Below, piece by piece: positions 38,400 to 51,982 of a stretch of DNA of 64,000 bases (within the stretch, counting starts at the first letter, position 1; every line of letters starts with the position of its first letter). The stretch is taken from NCBI RefSeq assembly GCF_947568905.1, contig NC_079173.1:36208001-36272000 (forward strand), read 5' to 3'. Under the pieces are notes generated by a model, which worked only from the letters and a program-made list of their open reading frames with translations, was not told the origin of the DNA and searched no databases. A program made the position numbers and the translations under genes. The stretch is from Ostrea edulis. Taxonomy: Eukaryota.

Positions 38400-38990
38400 T
38401 TATAAAAAAAAAAATATTTGAATTAAGTCAAATCTTCTAAATAATTATAAGTGGAAGAGTCGGAGACAAAGACAAAAATATTATTCAAAATAATATTGAA
38501 CAGTTCTGGTCCAAGTATCGAGTCCTGTGGGACACCTTTGAAAGGAGCTGGAAAACTCCCCAAATTTTGATAGACTGATATTTATCACTAAGATAGCTAT
38601 CCAGAAGACCGTAGTGTTTAAGCTTTAGGAGAAGCTAATCTTGGATGAGACAGTCGAAAACCCTGGATAGATCCATAAGGATGGTTACTACATACTTATT
38701 CCCATCCAAGGCTCTCTCTCAATCTTCTAGGATCCTAAGCAAGGTGGATTGACATCCATACCGGCTCTGAAAGTTGCAAGGAATGGATGAATGATTTTAA
38801 AATATTCAGGAAGTTGTGGATGGCTGGTAAAACACTGACAGATCTATAGTTTCATTTCTCTAAAAGACTGTTTTTCTTATGAATAGGACAAACTTTAGCT
38901 TTCTTTAGTGAATTAAGGAAGACAGAATTTTCTCAAATTGACAGAAAGATATGCAAGTGGTTTAGCGATGGGTGGCAAAGCCAGTCTTAA
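38400..38990 (-). mobile_element. Decayed CR1/L2-group LINE RT fragment
   Basis: Broken frames read LKKAKVCPIHKKNS...NYRSVSVLP and ILMDLSRVFDCL...LLKLKHYG..SYLSD. Confidence 0.68.
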
Positions 38991-40307
38991 TTAAGGTGAT
39001 CGCTGCTCCTCGTGCGACTTATCAACATTAATGGTTAAAAGTGCAAAAACTGTATTAATTTCCATTCAATATAGTTCAATTTAATCAATAACCAAAGAAA
39101 ATGTGTATGTTGCCACATTTCTAAAGATGTCAGACATACAAAAACGGAAGTACATGTATATGTTAGTAAGAAAATCACACATTTTCGTTATACAGAATAA
39201 TTAAAAATGGATAAAAACTTCTTGAAATGACAAATTTTATATGCCAACAGTCTAAAAATAAACCACGTTAATTCATAAATATGTATAAATTAATTGTGGA
39301 TATTAAGGAAATCATATATGATAGACATGCAGTAGAAGAAATGCCAGCATAGGAGTTATTGCCCTTGACAACATTTTTTTAATTATAAAGAATTGGTTAT
39401 CTATGGAAAATATAAAAACTTTCAGTATCAATAGATAACAATGATTACATTTTTTTAAATTTTTTTTTTTTTATTTTATGCAGTGATTAAAATTGCTCTG
39501 AGAGATATATTTCTATCATGCGCAAAGTTTTATTCAATAAAGATTTTTGCAGAAACCTAAAAGTAATAGTTTGTCTATACTTGTGGCTTTCTCAATAATG
39601 ATTTCATTTACATGTTTAGCGGGAAAACTGACGCTGTTGACCGGAAGATGTAAAGGCGAGAAAGAATGTTGACTGCACTGTAATGCTTTATGAGTAAAAA
39701 TACAATGGCCCTTGTAAGCGATGTGGCCCATGAATTGCATACTCCCGTAAAGAGTTTGTATCTAGCTTGCATTATTAATTAAAATTGATATACTAGTATA
39801 CCTTTCTGCGCCAGCAGCAGAACCCGGATAGAGACAGTGCGCCATCTGGGAACTTCATAACACAAAAGTTTCATTTAACAAGTTTAGAAATCCGTGGTTC
39901 ACGTTAATACGAGTAATATTGATTTCATAAAGTACATCAACCACAGAATATCGAAATGAGTTGAAGTAAATGTGAACTGGGCAATTATATTTTCAAAATA
40001 GGTGTAGGAAGTGCTGATGAAATAAAACCCACCGAATGTAGCTCTACTTAATACCCGTTTAATGTTGATTAACTGGGATGTGTTTGTCATCACCCCGAGA
40101 ACATCACAAACACTATTCGTTGTGTGAATTGTCAATTATTGCGATGACAGTGTAAAAAGGGGAGATCGCCCAGAAACATGTCATATATTGGTACATATGT
40201 GTTATTTAAAATTGCGTAATGATCTCCCTTGATATATAAAAATAATTAATGTAAAAAAAAAAAAAAAGACAATCTAAAAAGGGGAGTTCATCCAAAAATA
40301 TATCAGG

Positions 40308-40573
40308 CACCTGATCCCACCTCTGGTGTGTCCAGGGGTCCATGTTTGTCTGATCCCACCTCTGGTGTGTCCAAAGGTCCATGTTTGTCTGATCCCACCT
40401 CTGGTATATCCAGGGGTCTGTGTTTGTCTGATCCCACCTCTGGTGTGTCCAGGGGTCCATGTTTGCCTTATACCACCTCTGGTGTGTCCAGGGGTCCATG
40501 TTTGCCCAACTATCTATTTTGTATTGTTTATAGGAGTTATGAGATTGATCACTTGTTCGTTATCTTCACCTTT
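40308..40573 (+). mobile_element. PLE 3' end with a 39-bp segment amplified about 5 times
   Basis: Unit tgatcccacctctggtgtgtccaggggtccatgtttgtc. Confidence 0.8.
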
Positions 40574-41459
40574 CATATTATACATTGTTACTAATTAAAG
40601 TGGCATAATGATCTCCCCTGATAGCTATACGGTCTGGAATATTTTATACACGTAATCTGTTGGTGAGGAAATACGTGTCCGTGTTCTACACGAATCAAAG
40701 AAGGCAATCATATAGTAACAGATGCTCACAAACTTGGTAGACGCCATTATACATGAATCTGAAGTCTTTGTGGGTTTTATCAAACCCAACTGGTGTCGTG
40801 TATCATTATGCAAATCAGCCATATTTTTAAGCATTGTCCAATTCTGAGTTGTGATTAACATGTTGGGATGCGATAAAAATACAGAAAAGTGGAAAAAACC
40901 AAGCTCCAATCAAAATTAAGAACATTATATAACTTTCTCTACAATGGATTCTTTACTTCCCCACAATAATGTTTCTGTCATTTCTGTCATTATTTCTATA
41001 TCTAATGTAATGTCAAAATTACAACAAAGTATTGTAAGTTGTATGAATCTTTTTAATATGTCAGCGGCGATTTTATATACTGTAAAATGTTTTAGTCATT
41101 TAATAAACAATCGGTAGATGTGACTTTGGCGGCGAACTCTCGGTAGCGATAACCTACTGACTGTGGCTTTTGTCATTGCGCGCGTTTCGCAATCGGGAGC
41201 ATGTGAGTTTGAGGAAAAAACACGTAATTGTGACATCATGATTGTGTTTAAATGACTTCAGCCTGTAATATGATTATTTACCACCAACTTACTAGCCAAT
41301 CAAAATGCGCCATAATAGTTACATAGGTTATGATAATAGTTGTCCAGCTCTAATCACAGAGGTACGATTTACATGTACCATTGTCTGCGCTACTCTAACA
41401 ATGAAAAGTGAAGATCACGAACAATGAGCAATCATGACTGCTGATGAGAATACGGGCAT

Positions 41460-41700
41460 GGGATCAGAGGTGGGATCAGTTGCCTAGGAGTAAGCATCTC
41501 CTGTTAACGGTTCACCTCACCGTGAACCCTATAGCTATATATAGAAAGAATAGTCTAACTATTGGTATGACGTCAGACAGCATTCCATAGAAAGAATAGT
41601 CTAACTATTGGTATGACGTCAGACAGCATTCCACTTAATGAGAAGTTCTATTTGCAAATTAAAGCATTATAACGACCATAGAATTATATAAAATTTTGAC
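41460..41700 (-). mobile_element. Degenerate PLE 3' end containing a 47-bp tandem duplication
   Basis: gaggtgggatcag..cctagg..gtaagcat; duplicated atagaaagaatagtctaactattggtatgacgtcagacagcattcc. Confidence 0.55.
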
Positions 41701-42369
41701 TTTGTTTTACAAACATGTTACGCTGGTTCTACATGTACCCAAGGTCAAACTGACCCCTATTTATGTTGAGGTGGCAACAGCAAACATCAAACTGGACATA
41801 GTAAGACATTGTCTGCTAAATATCTTGGGAAACCTTTGCTTCACAGACAATTTTTTTTTTTACACCGATTCCCTTTGAGAAATAAATGGCCCCTATTATT
41901 TCTAAGGTCACAACTATTCTGGACATAGGAAAACATTGACCGCCCAATTTCTTGAGAATTCTTTGCTTGAAAGAGATCAAACTTGATACACTGGTACATC
42001 TTAAGAAGTACTTATAGATTAACCCTATTGATTTTGAGGTCACAATGTCATGGATCAAACTATTCTGGAGAAAAAGAAAATTATTTCAGCTCAATATTTT
42101 GTGAACCCTTTGATAACAGCCATCACTCTTATTACATGTATATTGGTGCTCTTAAAGACCAGATTACCTCCTTGGTTTTCAAGTCAGAAGGTGAAATGAC
42201 TGTCAAGGAAATGTCCACTCGGTATCTTTAGATATCAGACTTGGCATTGTGATTGCTCCTGGCTAGTAGATAACCAATATTTATTTCACTATTATTTCAG
42301 ACATTCTAAATTCAGAGTTGATCATTTTCAATATTGCAACATGGGGAGAGCATATAGGCTTCTAAAAAG

Positions 42370-42706
42370 AAAATCCTTTTTATGATATAATTTAGCATCA
42401 ACGAAATATGACAGCGAAAAACTACACTATTTGAATTTATGTATTTTTTTTTTTTAATTCTTGGTCAAGATGTAGCGTGTAAAACCTCATGCAAAATCGC
42501 CATTCTTCATTTTTACGGTGTCGTCTGGGTTGGAAATAAAAATCCTTTTTATGATATAATTTAGCATCAACGAAATATGACAGCGAAAAACTATACTATT
42601 TGAATTGATGTACTTTTTTTTCAATTCTCGGTCAAGATGTAGCTTGTAAAATTTCATGCAAAATCGGCATTTTTCATTTTTACGGTGTCGTCTGGGTTGG
42701 AAATAA
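42370..42706. repeat. 169-bp tandem duplication
   Basis: Copies start at 42370 and 42539. Confidence 0.9.
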
Positions 42707-44251
42707 CGTCAAGAGTAAGCACCCACAACACGCATACGACGAATCAATACCATCCCTAATCATTCGATTTTCATTTATGAAATGAAGGACGTTCCCTTTT
42801 TCTTCCATACGAGATCGTTAGACTTGCGTGTACCTGAATCAATACCAGTTCATCATCGAGTACTGAAGTTGCATTAATCGTTTGGCTAGTCGTGTTTAAT
42901 TATTGCGCAATGATTACATTACGTGATTACAGTCAAGTTTAATTTTCACTCCCACACAGAAAATGAAATTGCTAATGCAAAATCAGTGTCTATAATTTCT
43001 TCTCTTCTTTCCAGTTTTACCTTTCCCCAAAATACAACGAACAAAATTTAGACTTATAATTATTATTTTATGCCTAAAATAGTTAAGCAGTTTTAATTGG
43101 TATAATTTTCATGCAGTGTTCTGGTGGGGGGGGGGGTGTTCTCTCGGGTTCTCGCTGGTTCAGTTCATTCCGGTCCGGCATTCGGTGGTTGTCCGTGTAC
43201 GGTACATACCCCCCCCCCCCCCCACACACACACACGCACACACATGCGCACGTGCACATATAATAACTAATTAGATAACTAACTAAATACTTCTGTGTAC
43301 GATTACAGTTCTGAATTAATATGAAAAAGTTGCACACAGTCTTTTGAATGACTTCGTTACTTTGTGTTAAGTCTGTTTAAGTAGTTTGTGTATTCGTTAG
43401 TTTGTTGAGCACACTGTACAAGAATTATCTATCTGTTACACCATTTTTATCAAACTTACAGGAATAATTGAAGATCATACTTTAAATTTCAAGTTGACTT
43501 TTACATCTGTGCGCCACAACTACAAAATCATGCTCAGTAGAATTTTCATTGAAATAAGATGCCTTTGTAATTATCTAAATCAGAAAACCCACAGTTTGAA
43601 TCTAGATGACATTTGACTGCATATGTTATGCAGATCAAATTCTACGTTGATACTTTATCAAGAAAAGACTGGGTTTTTTGTTACCTCCATCGCATCATAT
43701 CACGAATAGAGACGACAGCGAAATCTAGACAGATCTGCTATATATAATAGGTCCATGCCTAGGTCAAGATGACATATTGAACAATCGTAATTTTTGTGGG
43801 ATTGATGAAAATATTATTTTCATAATTATATCCACGAAATGCTCACAATCTTGCCTGAATTTTTTTTTCTGAGTGATCTGAATATTTGAGTATCTAATTG
43901 AAGCACCATTGATTTTCCTTAAAACAAATGTTGCATTGGTATAATTTGTTCTACTTCTACAGCTCTCGTCTTCAGTATGTAACAATGACTGCATCCACTT
44001 TGCTATGTTGTCGCAATCACACGATGAGATTTGGCAAACATGTTGACCACTTTAAAACTCTCAAAGGGATCGCTAATACCATTTCCCCCAAATTCATTAT
44101 TAATATCTGGAGAATTTCGATGTTCCTAATGATACCATATATCATGGGGTACAACTGTATACATTCCACTCCACTTAGTGATGGACATGATTTGGTAGTG
44201 CATATAATCAGATAATCCCATGATCTGATCAAGTGGCACTCAAATATTTAA

Positions 44252-44763
44252 AGGAACTGATTCACGATTTTCCTCCTTTGTTTTTCACTTTAAATGATCA
44301 AAATCTACATTAAAATATGATTAGAAGGTTTCACAAAAAATTAAGGTTATTCATCATGAGAGAAGCTCATTTTTGAGTGTTTATTATTTGTTTTGAAAAC
44401 AAAGATTGAGGTGTATTATTGTTTACGGGGTTTTCAAAATAAATGGATATTGATCCAAGTTTATTCTATATATCACACCTCAAGTATACTTTAGGTAAAA
44501 TGTGTCATTTAAAAGTTAAAATTTGTGATTTTACAAAATAAAGATGCTTTAAATTACAAAATTAACGTTTCACTGGTTTGTTTGTTTATATAAAAAGACT
44601 CGAGTCTTTGTTTACATAACACAGAATCAAAGCTACAGTATTGCTCTTATCCTTGCAGTCAGACCGTCCAAATTTTGGTTGTCAACATTAAATGAGCTAT
44701 ATTTTTAATTTTTAACATAAAAAAATGAAAAAGATTTCTTTCGAAAAACGTGAACCAGTCCCT
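44252..44763. mobile_element. Non-autonomous DNA transposon with TTAA target (Kolobok-like)
   Basis: TTAA-aggaactgattcacg ... cgtgaaccagtccct-TTAA; RR termini. Confidence 0.72.
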
Positions 44764-45780
44764 TTAATGCTGAAGACTTCCATCTTCTCACATGCTCTAT
44801 TTCTGTACTATTTCAAAATTTAATGCATGCAGAATTAAAAATCTCACTGACTCGGAATGAGCGAGATTTGTACGAGAACTATAGATCCCAATTTAGTAAC
44901 AAGGATGAAAACTGATATTGGGTCAAAAGTTTGGAATTAAAATGCAGAACAAATGTCCTGAATGTTTTGTCAGAGAGCAAAACAGGATTGCATCATACAA
45001 ACACAACGCTAACGACCTTTGAATGGTAAAAATCAACTGTATAACGATTGGAATTTTAGCCGTGTTGATAGAGGCGCCTTTGTATCGTAAAAAGCAACGG
45101 CATGAACCAAAGTATTATATGTAGATGTTTGATAAAGGCGTCTTTATATCGATAAAGACTAGAGTTTTAACTGTTTTAACAGAGACATCTTTGTATCGTA
45201 AAGAAGCAGTCTGGTATAACGATAGATAAAGTTGAAGTTTTAGCTATTTTATTACAGGAGTCTTAAAAACCCAACAACGATAAAGATTGAAGTTTTAGTA
45301 AAGGCGACTATGTATCGTATGAACAACGGTAAAGATTGAAGTTTTAGTTGTTTTAATACGGGTGCCTTTGCATGATAAAAAAATCCAATGAAGATGGGTG
45401 GTTTTGCTGTTTTGATCAAGGAGTATATATATTTTGATCTATAGTCCTAATTTGTAAGGTAAAAACAACCGGAAAGATAGTTTTTTGCTCGTTTGATAGA
45501 TGCACCTTTACCAAAAATAATCTGTTATTGAACTCTAAATCAGAGCAAATATCCGCTCTAATAACAAGCGGGATATAATTTGTGTCAGCAAAATAATTTT
45601 AATCATCCACAATAAGGCAGAAATGCATGTAAAAAACACAACAACTGAAAATTAGTCAATCCCACGACGAAGCTGAATGTGGAACAACATGTATGGTTTA
45701 TGTCTGTAATGATATAATCCACCGCCTTATAGTTTTAATTTGCTTTGGATGATGATGTATTTCGCTAGCAAGTTATACAG

Positions 45781-47403
45781 TTAATGAAATAATTTCATCA
45801 ATAGATTGTTATATTCTATCACACTTTCCATGCTTTCAAAACAGACGGATGAACCTATATACCACGTGTTGAATTGACCCTGCATATCCAGGATATCCCA
45901 TAGATAACCCCTATTTGCCTCTGGGATGCGGAATCTCGGAAAATAATATCCCCACTTGATCTGTTCCAAAATCTTAGGATTCGTTTTATCAAATCTTTGC
46001 AGATGCGCAGATAACTTTGATTGGATAATGAAGTCGATGTCCTTTGTCCAAGGATTTTCTGTTCCATACTGATAGTACATAACTGTTTCTTGCGGGTTTC
46101 TATCAGGACCATTTTCCCGAATTCCCAGACGATGAGGATCGCCCGTGATGTTATTCTTGGCGTGGTAAGTGTTGTAGGTTGCGTACACGGGATAAGTCGG
46201 CTGCTCTATGTCACTGTTGTAGTACGATTGCGGGTCCCGGCCGCGTCTGCCATTGTCAGATTCTATGAGAGTTGTGACGTAGTTAGCGTTCGTCAGTGTA
46301 CTAAAGAGACTCTTTTCCTTTGGGTTGAAATCTACGATACGGAATAAAGAATTCATCGCTGGGGTGAGGATCAAAAAATCAAACCTCTCCGTAATAAGAA
46401 GCGGATTCCCGGGTATTTTGTAAATTACATTTATCCCAGATGGCCCAACTTGTCTTTGAATGCTTTTGATATCAGTTCCTAGAAGTATATTCAATTTGTT
46501 TCGTTCAGCTATTTCAGTAACAAGGGTTTGAAATCCTCCACGTAGAATCCAGAAACCGTTTTCAGGAGTAAAAACGCCCCTTATTACGGTGGGAGGAACC
46601 CACATCAGCCCGTAGACCGCCGCTGTTTCGTTGATATATCCATACCCATTTGTTGTAAGAAATGTTCTGAAAATTGGTGCCAAAAGTAATAAGTCATTCC
46701 GCTGTAAGAAATCTAGTACCGATCCCTGAATTTGATTGAGGACTTCCGGTGTTGGTCGTGGCATAAGTTCGCTGGAATAATTGCCAAACAAACACCGATG
46801 GAGTCGGTCGTACCTTTCAAGAGCAGCTTGCACGCGGCGAAGGGCGGCTTGTGGTGTTGCCTCCCCTGTGTTTCGAACCAGGAGGTTTGTCCAAGTAGTC
46901 TCCTCTGAAATGAGAAAGAAAAATGTTTATATTATCTTTCGAATTACTTGTCGCCCTGTGGGGATCCGGGTTAGAATAGGATCTCAGTACCCCTTGCTTG
47001 TCGTACGAAACTTCTAAATGGGTCTGTCCTTCGGATGAGATAGCAACAAGAGTACCGCGAATGGTACATAATACGCTCGTGAAAATGCTTACTAGGGTGT
47101 TTTTCTTAAGCCATAGTTGGTAGAATTTTGCTTCGGGTAGTATTAGCCATCATCAGGCTGTGAATACTTTCTTTGCATAATGTGAATATTTCCTAAAATG
47201 GACTAAGTTCGACAACCTGTAATTTTCTTAAAAATTGAAGGCAACCAAAACCCTTCCACATGCACATCTTCCATACACATACAAATATTTTGTAAAATAA
47301 GAAGGTCCTCATTTGAAAACTGTAGAAAGAAAAATAAAAGACAAATCATGTACTCTTTATGCGATATTTCCTCAAAACTTACTAAGTTCCACAACCTGCA
47401 ATT

Positions 47404-47444
<41 letters not shown>

Positions 47445-50400
47445 AAGGCAATTGAGATCCTTGCCACTTGCACATCTTCAATATCCATACAAACACTCTG
47501 TAAAACGAGATCATCCTTACTTGAAAAGTGTGGGAGAAGTTAGCCGGACAAATTAGGTACCCTCCACATAACAATAATTTTCAAATAAAGGGGCAAAACT
47601 CCTGCAAGAAGATCGAAATGGATTAAAATTGCACTAAGATCTAGAGTGGTCCACAAAGAAGCTACATAGTAAGTGTCAGCTTGATAGGTGACAGAGAAAT
47701 GAAATTAGAAACAGAAAACCCCTAACGGACGGACAGACGGACGTACAGACATTGCTGTACCATCTAAACACGGGCGTATAAAATCCGATGCCCCGTGTCA
47801 CAGCAGATGTGGTATGATAAAAATCCCCCCTGCTCAAAGGCCGTATAAGCGACGAGCACAGGCCTCAATTTTGTAGCCCTTCGCCGGCAATGATGACGTC
47901 CGAGATTCGGTGAAGGCGTCAGTCCAAATATTCAGCCGAGATTATATCGTATACAAGCAGGGCAGCATTATACAGGGTACTTTAATTGATTGGATATTGT
48001 ATAACGTCCCTCTCGAGAATTTTTCACCCATGGAGATGCCACATTGCCGGTGAATAGCTGTATTTGTCCTATGCTCAGCGCTTACGGCTTTATCGCACCA
48101 CACCTGTTGTGACACGGGGCCTCGGTTTTTTTGATCTTATCCAAAGGACCGCCCCATTTAGTCGCCTCTTACGACAAGCAAAGGGTACTGAGGACCTATT
48201 CTAACCCGTGAATGCGGATATACCTTGATTAGAACTGAAGTGTATCAAATATATAAGTATTCATGCTCACCTTGATCACTCTCCCACACTGTGGAGAGTC
48301 CCTTAGGTCGGATTTGAAATCCAACGTTGTATCTTTCCATTAATTTTGCTACCTGATCGTAAATATCGCTCATAAAAATTGTTCCAAATTCATTCCAAAC
48401 GCCCCTGTAGAATCGTGAGTAAGATTTTCCACCCACTTCCTCTCGTTGTTCTAAAATTTTGACATTTTTATAGCCACGTTCCTGTAATACAAGTCGCAAG
48501 AATTACATCGATTCAAAGGGAAATAATTTTTCATATTCTTTACATGTGTAGTAATGAGTTTACAATTGTAAAGTTCTGCAATAACTGTAGGTAAAATGAA
48601 AATACTATTATGTCTTCGGGTGTCACATTGCAATTGCCACAGTGTAGCAAACACAAATTGAATGGACAATTAAACAATGCAGGTTTGTGATATTTCTCGT
48701 GCATTCGTCGTTTTCCTCTTATGTTACATGTATGTATCATTCAGATATAAAGCAAGGGGTACGTGAGTTTTAGCAGTCATCTAAGTATCATAATGTAAAG
48801 AAATTGATTAGAAGGTTTGGATTTTAAAAGTGCCAGCGTGCACCTTTAAACCTTAAGAACTGGATGTCTATAGTTTTTTTCTCGTCCAAGATGATTCTTG
48901 TAAAGTTATCTAAATATCCAAAAATAGGAACAGCGATCTTCACCAAATTATCACGAGTCAGGGGGATATATATTGCCTGATAATATTGTTTCGTTATGTA
49001 CAACGTTTGTGTCAAATACTTCCTCCCATGCCTTTCGATAACAAAGGTATGGTCTGCAATATATATTTCTTACAGATTTATTTGTTCTTGAAGACGAAGA
49101 ATTCGCTCGGCGTCATCACAAATTGTCGCAACCTTTGTATGATAACTTGATTTCTAAAACATTATCCATTATAAAATTGATGTCCGACAAATGCTTCTTC
49201 TCGATTTATCATGAGTTTAGGGTCATGACGCATTTTCTAAGGGCTTTCCCCAACAGAATTTTCGATTGAAGGGTTGTTTCTACGTTACTTTTAATAATGA
49301 CTTTCACTTTGTTAAATGAAAGGTGAGGGGAACGAACAGTGATCATTTTCATAAGGAATACAAAATAGAGAGTTGATTAAAAACGGACCCCTAGATATAC
49401 TAGAGGTGGGATCTGGTGCCTAGGAAGAGTAAGCATCCCTTGTCGACGGGTCAGTCAGTATTTCGCAAATTCTATGGTCATTATAAGCCATTATAATGAT
49501 CTAGTTAGTCAATATAACCTATCATTAGGTCAAATGCAGTCTGACGTGTTTCATACTGATTGTTAGCCGTTCTTGACACACTGATTTTGACTACGGATAA
49601 CTTCCGTTTACCTCATCAAGTTATAGGGCTCAAGGCGGGTGTGACCGGTCGACAGGGTACGCTTACTCCTCCTAGACACCTGATCCCAGTTCTGGTCTAT
49701 CCAGGAGTCCGTTTTTACCCGACGCTCTATTTTGTATTGCTTATAGGAGTTATGAGATTGATCACCGTTCGCGTTATTTTCACCTTTCATGTTAAAAACT
49801 GGTTTATTCCCCGACAGGACGGTGACCCCAAAATTCATACATTGTATTCCCCTAGCTATAAAGCTGCCACACGATATGCCTTATACAGTCACGGAAAGCA
49901 ATATATCACCTAATTTAGGCTGAGAAGATTTTGTCCTATGGATAAACGCGTAAGGCATCGTGTCTGAGTGCAATACAGACCTTTAGCAGGGAAGCCATGT
50001 GCACTCCACCTATTCCAGCTCCGACGATGGCGATGCGGTCGTGAATGGATTTTGGACCATTTATCGCTGGGTATCCCATGGACACTCTCTGAAAAAATGA
50101 TTTTACAGCCCATTGTAATCATCAAATGTATAATGTTACTAAGGTTAAAGGTTATACTAATGTTAATAAGCGTAAGCTTAGCGAACATGGAGTTACTGAT
50201 ACTCGGTCAGTCGGTCAGAACATGAATGGCAGGAAATGCAACTATACTGCCTCCAGTTTAATATTAGCTTGATGAGTGGAGGACCGTTAGCTTCGTAATG
50301 GAGAGATAGCGAGATCGAGCCCCGCTCGTACCATGGCCGCGCCAAACCTAAGACGGTAACATAAGTCGTGATTGCTCCTTCGCCAAACGCTCGGCATTTA

Positions 50401-51571
50401 GAAGTGAGAATCACATTTGGATATGGCCGTAAAAACGGTGGTCCCGTGTCGCGGCAGTTTTTTGGCACGCTAAAGAATCCCCCTGCTACGACCAAGCATG
50501 GGTCTAAAGAGGTACTTCATCTGCAGTCAGTGACTTCTCATTATGAGCAAAAAAAATTCTCGAAGGGACGTAAATAAAATAAACAATCCCCCAAACAATA
50601 TTTGTTAATGAATATCGTACAGTACTTTCTTGGGAGTGTGGGATATGTCACCCGTGCTTTGTATAGACTTCTGCTTTTGACATGAAAATCTCCCAATTTT
50701 TCATCCTCGTCACTCAGTTACACGAAGATTAATTAACTTTAACTGATAGTTAGTGTCTGTTTACATTGTACAACTAAGTACATGTACAATGTAAAGGTAG
50801 GAGTCAAATGGGTTCATAGGTTTTAAAACTATGGATACAAATATTTTTATGCCCCCGAGTCTGTACGTTTGTCTGTCCGTTCGTTTTTGTTTCATTTCTC
50901 TGTCACATATCAAGCTGAAACTTGCTATGCAGCTTTGTGGATCACTTTGAATCATGTTGCAGTTTTGATCAATTTCCACCTCCCTTGCAGGAGTTTTGAC
51001 CCTTTATTTGAAATATAATGTCTTAAGTTTGTCAGCCTAACTCCTCCCACAATTTCCAAGTGAGGCTCTTCTTTTACGAAGTGGTTGCATGTGCATGTGG
51101 CACGCGTTTTCATTTTCTTCCATGTTTGAGAAAATTACAGGTTGTTAAACTTTGTCAATTTTGGGGAAATATTTTACACGCAGAGCGCTTGATTTGTCTG
51201 TTTACCTCCGGTACGTTTTTAAGCTAGGACCCTTTCTTTTCACACGTCGCAGCTTGACAATGGCTGATAAGTTCTACATCTCCTGTATAAACCTGTTATA
51301 TGCGAGTTACATTCCGTTACACTTGTTCGATATATTGTGCATGGTAAGAAATTCTTCGTCATTTGGAATCTAGATACATAATGATTGATATTCCTTACGA
51401 TAAAATCATACCCTGTTCACATGAGGAACTTAATTCGCATTAAATGTAAGTTATTATTAAATCTATACTGCGTCACTATGTTGCTAAATGTAAATTTAAA
51501 GCTTCTAAAAACTTGAATTGAAAGCGCTAAAGCTTTATTAAACGTCTTCGTGTTTCTTTTTTATCTTTTTA

Positions 51572-51628
<57 letters not shown>

Positions 51629-51982
51629 CAATAAAATGCAGTTCCAAAATTAGTGGGTTTTTTAATTTCGCGTACATGTTCATTTAGAAATGCATATTTA
51701 ATGCGCATTAATAAGTTTACTTCGCATTACCGTCGTGTAAACATTCGGATTAATTTAATGTGCATCATTTTGTTTCGCATTGAATTCAATACGAAGTAAA
51801 AATTTAATGTGCATCCGTGTGAACAGGGCATTAATATATATATATATATATATATATTTAAAATGACATACACGTACATGTACCTTATATGCATCACACT
51901 GAAAATTCGCAGGAAATTCCACATATCCTTTAACACTAGGAGTCAGCCCAGCTGTTCCAAATAGAAGTATTATTAATAACAT
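45781..51982 (-). CDS. Secreted FAD-dependent oxidoreductase (amine oxidase fold; PUFA isomerase-like), 4 exons, 513 aa
   Basis: Exons 51982-51884, 50088-49981, 48481-48271 and 46904-45781 all have GT-AG ends and compatible phases (0,0,1). Signal peptide MLLIILLFGTAGLTPSVKG; Rossmann motif RIAIVGAGIGG...ILE...VGGK; C-terminal NTWYIGS..CFE. Confidence 0.9.
46955..47920 (+). mobile_element. SINE split by a Helentron-like insertion of about 730 bp (about 47041-47775)
   Basis: The SINE 5' part ends at ggatgaga (47040) and resumes near 47780; the insert starts aacaagag and ends ggacagacggac...gggcgtataa. Confidence 0.6.
47985..48210 (-). mobile_element. SINE-like repeat
   Basis: Reverse complement of the 23063-23338 family. 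Confidence 0.7.
49313..49790. mobile_element. PLE 3' end with an inverted copy of its last 140 nt or so at the 5' side
   Basis: Minus arm 49313-49453; plus arm 49457-49790. Confidence 0.72.
50280..50585 (+). mobile_element. tRNA-derived SINE (degenerate)
   Basis: Similar to 36335-36592. Confidence 0.6.
51498..51536 (+). ncRNA. Decayed type I hammerhead at a PLE-like 3' end abutting (TA)n
   Basis: aaagctt-CTAAAAA-cttgaatt-GAAA-gcgc-TA-aagcttt: 7-bp stem I and palindromic AGCGCT stem III retained; core and stem II mutated. Confidence 0.5.
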
